Positions 1-12,470 are shown, counted from the stretch's first letter. The stretch: 64,000 bases of DNA from Eledone cirrhosa (GCA_964016885.1 OZ024741.1:278008001-278072000); one strand, 5' to 3'. Translations and numbers: made by a program. Notes: a model not told the origin generated them from the sequence alone.

Positions 1-1225
1 GTAATGTCTTTTAAGGGGATGGCTTCAGGCCATCGTGAAAAACGATCGATGCAGGTCAAGAGGTAAGAATATCCACTACTGAATGGCCAAGGTCCAACGA
101 TGTGGATGTGTTGAAATCGAGCATCTGGAGTACTGAAAGTACCAAGTGGAGTCCGGATGTGTCTGTGGACTTTAGATTTTTGACACTGTGTGCAGGAACG
201 GCACCAGACAGTAATTTCTCGCCTCATATTGGGCCAGAAAAATCTAGCCGTTATGAGCTTTACTGTGGCTGAAATTCCTGGGTGAGAAATGCTGTGCAAA
301 GCAAGGAACACAATTCGACGGTGAGTCTCAGGAACATAAGGTCGCGGTGAATCCGTAGATACATCACATAGAATCTGCCTGTCGGTGGTCGACAAGGGCA
401 GATATTTGAAGATGCAAATCGCAAACTCGGCAGAATGAGTATCCAACAATTGGAGTGCAGGTTGGTCTGCAGCTAAACGACTTAAGTGGATCTCCTGGGA
501 TGACGAGATGGAGCTGATTGGCAAGCGTGACAATGCATCTGCAGCTGTGTTAAGCGAGCCAGCAATGTGCTGGATATCATTTGTGAATTGCGAAACATAA
601 TCCAGGTGCCTTGTCTCTCTGGGTGAATATCTGTTGGCTTTAGCCCTCAAAGCGAAGGTCAGAGGTTTGTGGTCAGTTAAAACAGTAAAATTTCTCCCCT
701 CAAGAATATGAGAGAAATGTTTCACCGACAGATAAATGGCTAATAATTCTCTCTCAAACGTGCTGTAATGTGTTTCTGCTGGTTTCAGCTTCCTGGAGAA
801 AAATGCCAAAGGTTGTTGGTTTCCAGCGTTATACTGCTGTAAAACTGCTCCCACAGCGGTATCAGATGCATCAACACAAAGCGAAAGCTTGGCCTCTGGT
901 ATCGGGTGGGTTAGCAAAGATGAACTAGCAAGTGCTGTCTTGGCAGTCTGGAAGTCTTTAAGTTGTCATTGTGTCAAGGAAATATCCTCATTTTTCTTAC
1001 AACGATTTTTCAAAATGTCAGTAAGGGAAGAAAGCAAATTAGCACAATGAGGAATGAAACGCCTATAGAAATTGATTAGGCCTAAGAAGTGACGCAACTG
1101 GTGAAGTGTAGTAGGCGGAGGTAAATCCTGTATGGCTTGAACTCGCTGAGGAAGCGGCCTAACACCTTCGGTGTCGATGACGTGGCCTAAAAAAATTTAG
1201 TGAAGTGGAACCGAAATTCACTCTC
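1..1225 (-). mobile_element. Ty3/Gypsy LTR-retrotransposon pol remnant (RT C-terminus, RNase H, integrase N-terminus), runs off the window edge
   Basis: Manual minus-strand translation gives FLGHVIDTEGVRP, LRHFLGLINFYRRFIPH, VDASDTAVGAVLQQ, YSTFERELLAIY, TDHKPL, ADALSRL, the integrase HHCC region (HPGISAT...WCRSCTQCQ) and LLTCIDRFSRWPEAIPL. At least one internal stop is present. Confidence 0.93.
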
Positions 1226-1385
1226 TCACTTCCTACGCCGCAGCTGAAAGGACCACTTCAACCTTACAAAGAGAAGATTTCTGCTTTCTCTCCCTAGAGA
1301 TGAATCCTGTCTTATGAAGAAATGACTCCTGTCTTCTCCCTCTCTTCTCTACATGCTCCAGTCTGGGAGTTGCGACCAACTCACC

Positions 1386-1400
1386 ATCACGGGGTCACCA
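1386..1400 (-). promoter_or_regulatory. Putative tRNA-Trp primer-binding site (TGGTGACCCCG) of the Gypsy element
   Basis: The minus strand reads TGGTGACCCCGTGAT, complementary to the tRNA-Trp 3' end (…CGGGGUCACCA). It lies upstream of, and in the same orientation as, the pol remnant. Confidence 0.55.
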
Positions 1401-1652
1401 ATTTAGAAAGTTAGTATCAGTGTATATATTATTAAAAAGAACAATGTAGCTGGTGCATGTTTGTACAATGGTTTTACTTCACAGAAGTCAATAATAATAA
1501 TAGAAACATTTTTACCACGTGTCGTGATGGTGAGTTGGTCGCAACTCCCAGAATTTTGAAAGGCTCCTATTTAAATTAAAATCTTCCAATATAATTTGAT
1601 ATGGGAACCTTTTGTTGTTACAAATTGTGGGGCTGCCGCGAGATAGAGGGGG

Positions 1653-1864
1653 TGTAGATTTGCCATGGGAGGGGCATTGCCGGAAGTTGTGGGACGCCTG
1701 ACCGGAAGCAGGAGGACGAGGGCGACTCGAGGGACCAGGTGGTCAACGGGGGCCTCTTAACCATACGCCCTGGAAGGTGACGGACGTGTGAAGACAGACT
1801 CAAGCAGAAAGTACCCCACATGGACCAGAGAGACGCAAGGTAAGTCTGAATGCCTCCGGCTACA
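1653..1864 (+). mobile_element. Possible LTR (TGTAG...CTACA, ~212 bp)
   Basis: A GC-richer island bounded by 5-bp inverted termini TGTAG/CTACA and preceded by a purine tract AGATAGAGGGGG. No second copy is present in the window. Confidence 0.35.
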
Positions 1865-2273
1865 CAAATACTGTGTTAATAATGAAATAATTAATTATTT
1901 TAGTAAAGTCCTCTAAATTTTTCATTAACTCAAATGAAATATGGTAATGAAAAAGTTAAAAAGTCTGGAATTTCATAAAGAAGCTCTCCATTAGCAAGGT
2001 GAATGAAGTGAGATGCATAGAATTAAATGTGAAGGTGCATGGCTTAATGAGAATTGAATTCGCAATTGTGAGATTTCAAGTTCACTTCCTGGACCGGGTG
2101 ATGCATTATGTCCTCGAGCAAAACACTTTATTTTATGTTAGTTAAATACCTTTCCTCACTTAGACTTTTTACTTTTCATCATTAACAAGGCATTTGTAAA
2201 GGTCCTGTGTTCTAAAAAAAACTTTCTGGTATACATGCAAGTAAAAAACTCAAGAAATATTTTGTCTTTACAG

Positions 2274-2339
2274 TGACTGACAGAATTGACCTATCTTTAA
2301 CAACATCTTTCCTAGCAGAGAGCAATCATTTCCTCACAG
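2274..2339 (+). CDS. Internal coding exon (phase 1-1) of a single-pass membrane protein gene
   Basis: Acceptor tttgtctttacAG and donor CAG|GTAAGT flank a 66-nt open exon (TDRIDLSLTTSFLAESNHFLT). It splices in frame to the exon at 3513. Confidence 0.6.
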
Positions 2340-2644
2340 GTAAGTTTGATAATATCTTTTTTAGTTCTTTTGGCTCTCTATAGAAGATTGAGAGACAAGA
2401 GATCTCCATTCTACATGGTCACAAGCCTTGTCATGGGGAAAATAACATTACAGAATGGACTGGTAAAAACTTCAGACCACCAATATCTTGGCTGGCTTAG
2501 AGATCAATGCTGGACATACTTATAAGCTAAATAAGCTATAGCTTAGGGTCACATACATTTGGGGCCTCATTTAAAAAATATATCTTTATTTCATCATTAG
2601 TTTTTATTCTTTAACACTAAATCATCATATATATATATATATAT

Positions 2645-2890
2645 CATGATCATCGTCTATCTTCCACGCTAGCATGGGTTAGACGGGAATTTTCCCACTT
2701 GAGGCAAGATTGATCGGGTGACCATGTCTCACTCATATAGGACTGTATCTGGCAGGTTTTCGATGGCTGGATGCCCTCCCTAACACCAACCACATTTACA
2801 GTGTGGACTGGGAGCCTTTTTACCGTGTCCCCTACATGACCACTTTACAGCGTGGACTGATGTTTTTTTGTCATGACACCTACACGACCT
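2645..2890 (-). mobile_element. Diverged RTE 3'-UTR copy (older RTE or RTE-tailed SINE)
   Basis: Colinear similarity to the RTE 3' UTR at 41500-41750 (ccacgc-agcatgggt-gacggg, cccacttgaggcaaga, ggatgccc-cctaacaccaaccacatttacagtgtgg). Confidence 0.8.
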
Positions 2891-2905
2891 GTGTATGTGT
2901 GTCTA

Positions 2906-2936
<31 letters not shown>

Positions 2937-2984
2937 GAAGGCGCGTGGCCGAGTAGTTAGAGGATTCGCAATCGTGAGGTTGCT

Positions 2985-3321
2985 TATTAGCTTATTAGCT
3001 ATCATCAGCAACGTATACCTTCCTGCCAGATAGCTAATAAGCTTGAAACTAGTACAGCGTTCCTTTGTCAGTGTTGAACAAATGAGCAACGATGGTTGCT
3101 GGACACTACGGCTTAATACGGGATGTTTGTTTACAAACACACCGGGCATTATAATAAATGTTCGGTGAATCCATACGTACATATATATATGTGTGCATGT
3201 ATGTATATATATATACATACTACTGTACGTCTGTATACATATATGTATGTACGTGTACATACTTATATTTAAGTAACAGCCGTACTAAGAGTGGGAAATG
3301 AAATTTCGTTTCATTTTTTCC

Positions 3322-3325
<4 letters not shown>
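2985..3325 (+). repeat. Dispersed, diverged partial copy of the 474-bp hammerhead unit (reverse relative to the array), with a local micro-inversion
   Basis: Matches such as aagcttgaaactagtaca, tgtcagtgttgaacaaa, tactgtacgtctgtatacatatatgtatgtacgt and tactaagagtg-gaaatgaaatttcgttt are reverse complements of the 49.3-56.7 kb unit. Confidence 0.85.
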
Positions 3326-3360
<35 letters not shown>

Positions 3361-3512
3361 GATCTGTTTTGTGAGAATATTTGCCATATTGTCTTCTATT
3401 GATCGATGCAGTAAGACAAAGTGTTTGACTATCTTCTACTGATAGCTGCAGTGTTTTGCCCGAAATATTTAACATTATATATTATATACATCCTTTTTTT
3501 TTTTTTTTGTAG

Positions 3513-4102
3513 AATCTTTACTGCTTCGTCTGACTTCTTTGACTTCATGGTATTCAACATCTGAACAAAGTCATCTGTCAACAAGTTTTACAATTCTCCC
3601 AATAGAAACAAGTAAGCTAGTTTACTGTACAGAAGTATGTATTGACAAGATGAGCAAAACAGTTGTCCATTCACGCAGCAGTGTCTTCTTGTCATCTGTT
3701 TCTTGGTCAAGTTCTACAGTGTATGATAACAATACTCCAAGAAAGGACCCCTTTTCTGATATGGAATCAATGAATCAAAGAATCAAAGATAAGATGAAAA
3801 ATATGAAGAAAATAAGCATACCAGACAACCGAATTTCTTCTATCTCTCTTGGAACAGTTGGAATTGCTATTATAATATCTGTCTTTGCTTTTATTGTTGT
3901 GCTCGATTTATTTAAATTGAGATGTTGTTATATGAAAAAGAAAGATAAGAGGAAACATTGTGTGCCTGCTTCTTTAAAGACATCACCTCACCATGATGCT
4001 GATAATTTTACCAATATTTACAAACCTTCATCAATTCACTCCATGAAGATAATCAATAGCAACAAGGAAGCTGAAGAGCCAGAAACCTCTACTAAACTTT
4101 AA
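3513..4102 (+). CDS. Terminal coding exon: Ser/Thr-rich stalk, one transmembrane helix and a cytoplasmic tail
   Basis: Poly-T/gtAG acceptor at 3512 and an open frame to TAA 4102, with AATAAA overlapping the stop. The motif KKISIPDNRISSISLGTVGIAIIISVFAFIVVLDL resembles the juxtamembrane/TM motif seen in many mollusc receptor-like proteins. Confidence 0.75.
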
Positions 4103-4282
4103 TAAAAACAAAAGGGAAATTATTGATTTATATATTGATACAGAGCTTGAGGAGAGCATGTTGGGTGATTGAATTTATCAGAGTATCTCTCACTCACTTC
4201 ATATATATACATACATATATATATATTTATACATACATATATATATCTGACATGTAAACAACTCTGCCTATTTGCCACACAT

Positions 4283-4970
4283 TGAAAATCCAAATCCAAA
4301 TCCAAGGCCTTCTCACTCCTGTAGGAGGAACCCCTCCTTGTATGACCTCCACTGTCTCCTAATCTATGGCTAAACCAGGCCATGTGTGTGGGTGTGTGTA
4401 GGCATCAGATCAGATCATCGCGCCGTCTTGTTTTTGACCACCAATTCTTCTCCACTGCCTTGGTGTCCACTCTGTCACCCTAATAGTCCACATGCTGTCT
4501 CTGAGGTCAGAGATGTCATTGGCCCATCTATGTTTACCCTCTTGTTGGTCTTGATTATGTCCTCATGTCAATCTGCAGTCAAATCCAGGTATAACTCTTC
4601 CTATCATGTAAGGTTATGCAGATCATGATTCACTCCATTTTATGCAATAGTCTCTGCAGTGGTGGCATTGAGTGCTCACATCTCACCTCCATATGTCATC
4701 ACCAGCAAACATATTCATTAAACAGCTGTCTTTTGGTTTTGATGGTTGACTTAGGATGGTTGACTTCTGATTGAATTTATAAACTTTTCAAACATCTGCC
4801 CACTCAAGCACAATCCTTCATTTGACCTCCAGAAATAGAGCGCCATCTCTTGCAGCCTTCTTTCCTAGGTACACATAACTGTCTACTTCCTTGATGGTCT
4901 TTCCATCTACAATAACTGATGATAGTTTAAATGGTGGTTAAACACAATGCTGGTTTTCCCAAGAGGTATT
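4283..4970 (-). mobile_element. Decayed RTE-clade LINE 3' fragment (different family from the young RTE)
   Basis: Minus-strand remnants EVDSYVYLG, VMTYG and RVTEWTPRQW, with a (GGATTT)n-type tail near 4285-4305. Confidence 0.6.
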
Positions 4971-5149
4971 GTAAATATTAGCAGTTAATTTATTCAAGTT
5001 CCATATTGAACTATTTCTGGCTTTACGACATGATTTATTGATTGGTGGTGTACATTGGTATAAATTTAACGTGAATGTTTTATTGATTTTTTTTATCGCT
5101 TGATCAACAAGATCCCAAACCTCATTTGCTTACTGAGTGGGGTGGAACT

Positions 5150-5850
5150 TGTCAAATTGGACCCAGGAAATAATGTTTCCATTGGTGAAGCATGGATAAG
5201 CTAGGAGAGGAGATGGAATGTGTAGGTGAGATATTTGCAGTGATGTGGACATGTAATAAACATGGACAATGATCAGTGCCACAAGTTTTCAGTGGAAGAA
5301 AACTGCAGAAGAGGAAGACCAAGACAGAAGTGGTGAGAGCTGATCTCAAACATTGAACCTGACAGTGGACATGATGAAGGAACATAAAAAGTGTAGGGAA
5401 GCTGCAGTAGAGGAAAATCAAAGAAGACCTGGGCAGAAGTGGTGAGAGCTGATCTCAAAACATCGACCCTGACAGTGGACATGATGAAGGAGCACAAGTG
5501 GAGGGAAGCTGCAGTAGAAAAAGACCAAACAGAAGTGGTGAGAGCTGATCTTAAAACATCGACCCTGACAGTGGACATGATGAAGGAGCACAAGTGGAGG
5601 GAAGCTGCAGTAGAAAAAGACCAAACAGAAGTGGTGAGAGCTGATCTCAAAACATCGACCCTGACAGTGGACATGATGAAGGAGCACAAGTGGAGGGAAG
5701 CTGCAGTAGAAAAAGACCAAACAGAAGTGTTGAGAGCTGATCTCAAAACATTGAACCACAAATGGAGATGATGAAGGAACACAACAGGAGAAGGGAAGCT
5801 GTGTTGGAAAAGAAGATTCGTTCTACCCATGCAAGCATGAAAAAAAAAAA
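5150..5850 (+). repeat. Old RTE 3' end containing a 96-bp tandem repeat (~5 copies)
   Basis: Unit starts at 5436, 5532, 5628 and 5724 (period 96). It encodes EVVRADLKTSTLTVDMMKEHKWREAAVEKDQT, homologous to the RTE C-terminus, and is followed by the RTE tail acccatgcaagcatg. Confidence 0.8.
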
Positions 5851-6064
5851 TGGATTTAAAATAATGATGATATTAGGAATAACAAATAATTTAAAAATCA
5901 ATAAAAACATAAATATTCTATTCATAAACCCATAACTATATTGAACCACAAATCAATACAATAATGTAATAAAGAAAGTGTATTGTTCCGTAACATAGTT
6001 ACATTGTGTGATTATTGGAAACTCGTAACTTTGTAAATTGAGAGAAATAAAAATAATAATAATT

Positions 6065-6260
6065 GTTTCTACTTTTAGCATAAGGCCAGCAATTACCCAG
6101 AACATTTCTGGTACTTTATTTTATCGACCCCGTAAGGCAAAGTTAACCTCGGCGGGATTTGAACTCAGACCATAAAGGGACATAACTATGCATGGCGTCC
6201 AACCCTCTACCGATACTGCCAATTCACCGCCCTTATAATAAAAATAATAATAATAATAAT
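6065..6260 (-). mobile_element. tRNA-derived SINE with a Deu/Nin-like core
   Basis: Minus strand has a B-box-like GAGTTCAAATCC followed by gaggttaactttgcc...ggggtcgataaaataaagtaccag. The family recurs many times in the window. Confidence 0.7.
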
Positions 6261-6789
6261 TCAGCACAAAAATCAATGGATGTATCAATTAAGGCTTCTT
6301 TGTTGTTGTTGTTGTTGTTGTTGTCGTCGTCGTCGTCGTCGTTGTTGTTGCTGCTGCTGCTGCTGCTGCTGTTGTCCTTCCATTAATATCTTGTAATGAT
6401 TTGGTTGAAAAAGCAAGGAAAAGCGGACGTAAAATGATGATATATATATATATATGTTTGTAAATAGAAGACTTTAAATAATAGTGCATTTAGGATATTA
6501 TTCAATGACTTTTATTTAAAAAAATTACTGTGGTTGGGGAACAGATTTAGCTACTATTTCTAACATTTTGATTGACCATGTAATGTAGTGACTTTCTCAT
6601 TGGCTCACAGATACTATGGTAGAAATCCATGATGCTACACAGTGTGCTTGAACCTGAAATCACATGGTTACAAAGACAATGCATGCTACATAAGGTTTCA
6701 AAGCCTACTCTAGCATAAAGCTTAGAGACAATATATCTGTTAGTGTTACTTATCTTTCAGACAATACATACATACATACATGCATACAC

Positions 6790-7201
6790 ACACATATATA
6801 TATAAACAGTACTTACGTTCACACAATGCGCCACAGGCTTCCGGAGGATCCCAGGCTAAAAAAAAGACATCATAAAGCTATGATGGATGGAATCTGGGAG
6901 ATGGTCCAGCTAAAATCCTGGTCCTTTCAGTGCCTGGCCTGTGTACCTGCCTCCACCAATGTTATTGAAAAACAACAACAACAACAAAAAAAACCGATGA
7001 CTGTATCTTCCTCTACCATTGTTACTGAACAAAGACAAAAACCTATGACACTGGCTTCTGCTCCTATTCTTGTGGGAGAACATCAGAAACAACAACAACC
7101 AATGTCTTCCACTCCCAGTACATCTCGACACCAACAACCGGCGACTGTGTCTTCCCCTACCATTCCCGTGGAGGAACATCACCACCACCGCCACCACCAC
7201 C

Positions 7202-7232
<31 letters not shown>

Positions 7233-10200
7233 GCAGCAGCAGCAACAACAACAACAACCGACCAGTACAGATTTTGCAGAATTGCAACTAATGATTTCTG
7301 CTTTAAGAAGGGAAGTAACAGGAATAAAGGCAAGCATTCGGATAGGACCCCATAATGAGGGGTCTTACGGGAATGCCTTGCTAAAGAATCTCCCTGTACC
7401 TCTTGCTGTATCTGGGCACACTGAGAAGACTGCGGAATCTTCTACCCATGAAGTAATTGCCATTGATCTTCCGGCATTTGCTGCCAGCTCAGCCAAAGAC
7501 CTAGGCTGTGTTCCCCCAAAAGGTGCTCTCCGCCTTGGTCGACCTGGTTCAAAACCCAGACTCATCAGGCTGTCTTTTTCGGACCCCGCTGAGGCAATCT
7601 CATACCATCTGGCCTCTGTTAAAGCAGGGCGTGAAAATCGGATTACCTTCCGAACACGCCCAGGCCTACCACCCCATGTACGTCCAAAGCTACGTGCTGC
7701 AGCTTCCTTGAATCGGAACTCAGCACAACATGAAAGTTTTAGTCTGCGTGATGATGGTCAAATCTGGAGGTTTGTTAAGGCTGGTGAAACGTGGAAGAGA
7801 GATACCAGCTGGTCTGAGTGTGCTCTACCCACAATAATTGGCAATGAAAAAACTGCAACAACTCTGGGAAACTAAACCAGAACAACCTGCCACCCTCTAC
7901 ACACCATCATAAACTGCAAGCAGGGTACAAATTGTTGTCCTTAAATGCTCGCAGTTTATGCAACAAGGTACATCTGTTTGACTCCTACGTCAGAAGCATC
8001 GACCCTGACTTCATCACAGTCACGGAAACATGGGCACATTCCTTACTCTGTGATGGGGTTTTCAGCATTACTGGGTACAACCTTTTCCGTAAGGACCGCA
8101 TTAATCGCTGTGGTGGTGGTGATGGTCTACGTTCGTTCAAACTTTTCGGTAATTCCTTGCGTTGATTTGAACGAATCACAAGAAGAAGTTTTTTTTTGTG
8201 ACATACGTATGACCATGTCAACACTTCTGCTTGGTGTTGTTTATCGCCCCCCCCCCCCCCCAAACTACCATCAGGACACACAGCTTTGCGATATCCTCAG
8301 AGCTGCTGCCAAGAAAACAGCCACTTATGTGTTTATTGTAGGTGACTTCAATCATCCTGAGAATGATTGGGAAACCTTTCGTTGGCCACAAGGTGCAAAC
8401 GATTTCCTTGAACTAGTGCTGGACTCAAACTGGTCACAAGTGGTTACCTCTCCAACAAGAGGTGACAACACTTTGGACCTGATCTTCACCACTACTCCTG
8501 AAGTGGTTATCAGTTGTACTACTGAGGAACCTCTAGGCGACTCTGATCATGCTATGATCATTGCCAATCTGGCTCTTGCGGGCAGCAACAAATACCAGAG
8601 CCATCTCCAATCTGCTTGCTTTGATTGGAAGAAAGCAGATTAGAACTTGTACTGCATTGAGCTACAGCGCCCAAACTGGCATGAGATGTATAACTCTGGA
8701 GACGTGAACACTATACTCCAGAGCATCCTGGACTCAATATGGATAGCATGTGCAGCATCGGTGCCACATAAGCAGAAAAAAAACTACCCCAAAAGTGCAA
8801 TTTGGGAAACTTCAGCGGTCCGACTTGCCAGGAAAGAACGTCGGAACGCTGAGCGGGAATATAAACTGCATAAATCAGATGCCAACAGAAAAAAGCGGAA
8901 TAAATCTTCTAACCATCTCAAGCAAGTGACAAAGAAGGCAGTGCTTGAATTTGAACAGTGCATAGCAACCAATCCTGACAGTAAGGTGTTCTGGAAATAT
9001 GTTCATTCAAAGCAGAGACCTCACTCTCCAGTTGGTCCTCTTTGCAATCCCCACACAAGCCAGATCACTGACGATCCCAAAGAATGTACATAACTCATTG
9101 CTGAGTGCTATGCAAGTATTTTTACTGTCGAAAACCAGAATGTACCATCTCCACCATCTCTAACATCAAATTCCATAACAACTATGGAATTTACACATGC
9201 AATGTTGCGACGTCACCTTAAGAATAAGCGCAACTATGCCTCCCCTGGTCTTGATAGTGTTACATACCTGCTTCTCAAACGTGGCGGGTATTTCCTTTTG
9301 CGCCAGCTTTCTTTCTTCTTTCAATACTGTCTCAACAATGGTGCTACTCCGGAGCAGTGGAAAACTGCCAGTGTGATTCCCCTGTTCAAAAGGGGCAACC
9401 GCATGTCACCTATCAACTATCGTCCAGTCAGTCTTACTAGCTGTATGGCCAAACTGATGGAATCCTGTGTCAGAGAAACACTTTGGAACTTCTGGAGCTC
9501 TCACAGCCTCATCCGGCCCTCAGAGTTTGGATTTATCCCTAACTCCAGCTGCTGTGATCAGCTTATCGAGTTCCTTGAAGACATCACCCGGATCACTGAC
9601 AGCGGCTCATGGGTGGATGTTGTTTACCTTGACTTTGCTAAGGCTTTTAATTCTGTGCCACACAAAAGACTTATGGCAAAACTCTCTGCAATGGGTGTGA
9701 GGGATGATCTTTTCGACTGGTTGAAATCCTTCATTCTCAGCCGAAAAGAGGTAATCACGGTTCTAGGCCAGCATTCTTCACCATATGAGATGTCATCTGG
9801 TGTACCACAGTGATCTGTTCTTGGTCCCCTTTTGTTTGTGGCATATATTAATGACATAAATGCCAACTTACAGAATGCCACGGTACTGAAATATGCAGAT
9901 GACATCAAGCTGTACCTTGAAATCAAAAGGACTGATCCTGAAATCTACAACTCTTTCCTACAATCAGACCTGGACACAATGCATCACAGACTGGCAACTA
10001 AAGCTGGCTGTGGACAAGTGTACCACCATGCATTTTGGGAGGAAAAATCCAGCGTCCACATACTTCCTCCACAACACTGATATCAAGAAGTCCTCTTGTG
10101 AACGTGACCTGGGCATTACTGTCAGCAGCAATTTGCGTTGGACAAAGCATGTCTCTAAGATTGTCAAGAAGGCCGAGGGTGTCTTGGCATCACTCAGCAA

Positions 10201-10855
10201 GACCTTTATTAGCCGCTCTCTAACCATTTATTTAAAACTGTATACAGCTATGGTACGACCACACTTGGAATTCGCATCATCAGTCTGGAACCCCTATCTT
10301 GCTCAGAATATTGACCGCCTGGAAACTGTTCAGAGACATGCAACCAAGCACATACCCTCCATCAGACACCTACCATACTCTGAACGCCTTGCTTCCCTGG
10401 GCATGGATTCATTGAAGCTCCGACGTCTGGCAATGGACTTGGCAAATACCCACAAAGTTATTAACCATCTCGCCAACAACAACCCTGAGCACCGTTTTGA
10501 TCTCCATGTGTCTAACACACGTGGACATGCCTACAAAACCAGAAAACAGCACAGATCCCATGACTTTCGTAAACATTTTTTCAAGCTCAGAGTTGCTGAA
10601 GCATGGAACACACTGCCTGCATCAGTTGTTAGCTGCCGAGACACTGCATCCTTTAAAACACTCATGTTTCCCGAAATACGCCAAAACTACACCTGATGTA
10701 CTCCTTCCATACACATGCACACATGTGTATATCATGACTCATGCACTGTTCATTTTCCTGACGTTTGTACATTACCCTATGTACTATACATACACTTTTT
10801 GATGAGTTGTAGTTCACCTGAGCACTGTACACAATATTTCATTATTATTATTTTT
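6790..10855 (+). mobile_element. CR1-clade LINE, near full length, ORF2 disrupted
   Basis: ORF1 is 6826-7875. ORF2 has APE motifs (LNARSL, VTETW, GDFN, PTRGDNTLDL, SDH), RT motifs (NYRPVSLTS, YLDFAKAF, SGVPQ*SVLGP, YADD) and a CR1-type C-terminus (ERDLG, RPHLEFASSVWNP, TRGH, RVAEAWNTLP). Stops occur at 8641, 9091 and 9811, frameshifts near 8120 and 9985, and there is an (ATT)n tail at ~10840. Confidence 0.92.
6826..7875 (+). CDS. CR1 ORF1-like protein with polyQ/polyH tract, probably 5'-truncated
   Basis: 349-aa ORF directly upstream of the endonuclease. It has a CxxC near the N-terminus, a coiled-coil-like segment and the RLGRPGSKPRLIRLSF motif typical of LINE ORF1 RRM regions. Confidence 0.7.
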
Positions 10856-10992
10856 TTTATATATGTATTTAAAAAACAGGTGTGGGTGTGTGTGTACAAA
10901 TAAGTACTGTTTATATATATATATAAAATACATATATATCATCATCATTGTTTAACATCCACACACACTTACACACAATACTTATTTGTGTG

Positions 10993-11024
<32 letters not shown>

Positions 11025-11090
11025 GTGCAAATTTATACGGGAACAAAACAGAGAGGCAGACAAATAAAGATGTCTCATATATATACATGA

Positions 11091-12039
11091 GACATAAATT
11101 TAAATTTTGAAGACCAAAACAATGCATTATGAAGATTGTTAAAATGCCAAGATAACAAAAGTATCTTACCTTAGTAAATTTAACAATCTCAAATATTTTG
11201 TCGTCGGAAAGAGATCCGGTTAGATCTGTGACAAGGTGTAGGTTGTCATCAAATGTGGGAACCAGGACAACATTACCACCACAATCTTAGCTACCGAATG
11301 CAGTATAGGCATGCTGAGAATTAAAGAAGCCCTCTTAATCAAGCAATTAAAACCTAGGATCAATAATCGAATGGAAAGAATGCACCAGAATGGCTAATTT
11401 AAAAGCCTGAATTCCAACATCATAACAGCCAGTTTCATTCTTTCTTTCTTTCAAATTAATCATTTAGCATTCACATTACTCTATATATACTATTGTATTT
11501 TCATGATAAATGCTTTATCTCACATAGTATCGAATCTATGAGATTTTGAAAGTATTTATTTTGAGAACAATACTTTAGCATCAGTTTGAGCGACCAGTTA
11601 CAGCCAATTTCAACAGAAGGAAGTAGAGAATTCTGGCCAGTTTTAACATTAAAGGGTTAAATCTATGTCCTCACTAGACAAACACACTTAAACTCACACA
11701 CACATATTTTTCCCATTTTATTATATACATATTCGCACACATTTTTCACTAAATGAACTTATATTCACACACATGCATATATCATACATTTCATAACACC
11801 CACGTTCGAAATTTTAATGTCTTCTCATTTGATTTCACTTAAATCTGCTCTCATACAAACAAGTCTATTCAATCAAATTATTAAGTCTCTTATAGGGTCA
11901 CTTCTTTGATAATGGGTTTTTAAACCTGAAAATATTTGGGATTGTTAAATTTGCTAAGGTAAGATTCTTTTGTTATCTTGGCATTTTAACATTTTTCATA
12001 ACGCATTGTTTTGGTCTTCAAAATTAAAATTTGTGTCTC
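11091..12039 (+). mobile_element. Penelope-like element remnant with ~110-bp inverted terminal copies
   Basis: 11091-11198 is the imperfect reverse complement of 11930-12039. The interior encodes the GIY-YIG C-terminal motif IKEALLIKQLKPRIN (~11320-11365), and a degenerate hammerhead (TTGATAA...GAAA-ATAT-TT) lies at ~11899-11944. Confidence 0.7.
11456..11660 (-). mobile_element. TTAA-type MITE copy (same family as 15382-15574) nested in the Penelope remnant
   Basis: Reverse-complement similarity to 15382-15574; ends in aaagggTTAA. Confidence 0.7.
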
Positions 12040-12084
12040 CTATTGAACAATGCTTCAAGAAAGCTACAAAACTCTGTTATATAT

Positions 12085-12470
12085 ATCATCATTTTACATC
12101 CGCTTTTCCCTGCTTGCAAGGGTGGGAGGGGAACTGATTCTGGCTTGATTTCTACAGCTGGATGCCCTTCCTAACACCAACCTCATTTACAGTGAGTGCC
12201 GGGTGCTTTTTTTTCCGTGGCGCCTACACGTCTACTTTACAGTGTGGGCTGGGTGCTTTTTTTTTTTTTTGTCGTGGCACCTCCACGACCACTTTGCAGT
12301 GGAATGGGGACTGGGGTCCCTATCATCTCATTTCTACAGCTGAGTAAACTCGCGCAATGTGAAATAAAGTGTCTTGCTCAAGGAAACAACACATCACCCA
12401 GTCTGAGAATTGAACTCACAACCTTTCGATTGCAAGGCCAATGCTCTAACCAGTAAGCCATGTGCCTCCA
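12085..12470 (-). mobile_element. RTE-tail fragment plus tRNA-derived SINE (CORE-like TCCTTGAGCAAGACACTT)
   Basis: 12085-12300 resembles the RTE 3' UTR. 12320-12470 on the minus strand has A-box-like TGGCTTACTGG and B-box-like GAGTTCAATTC followed by the core motif. Confidence 0.65.

Noticed and set aside
5273-5830. 185-aa and 113-aa repeat ORFs on the minus strand
   Set aside because: They are opposite-strand readings of the 96-bp RTE-derived repeat.
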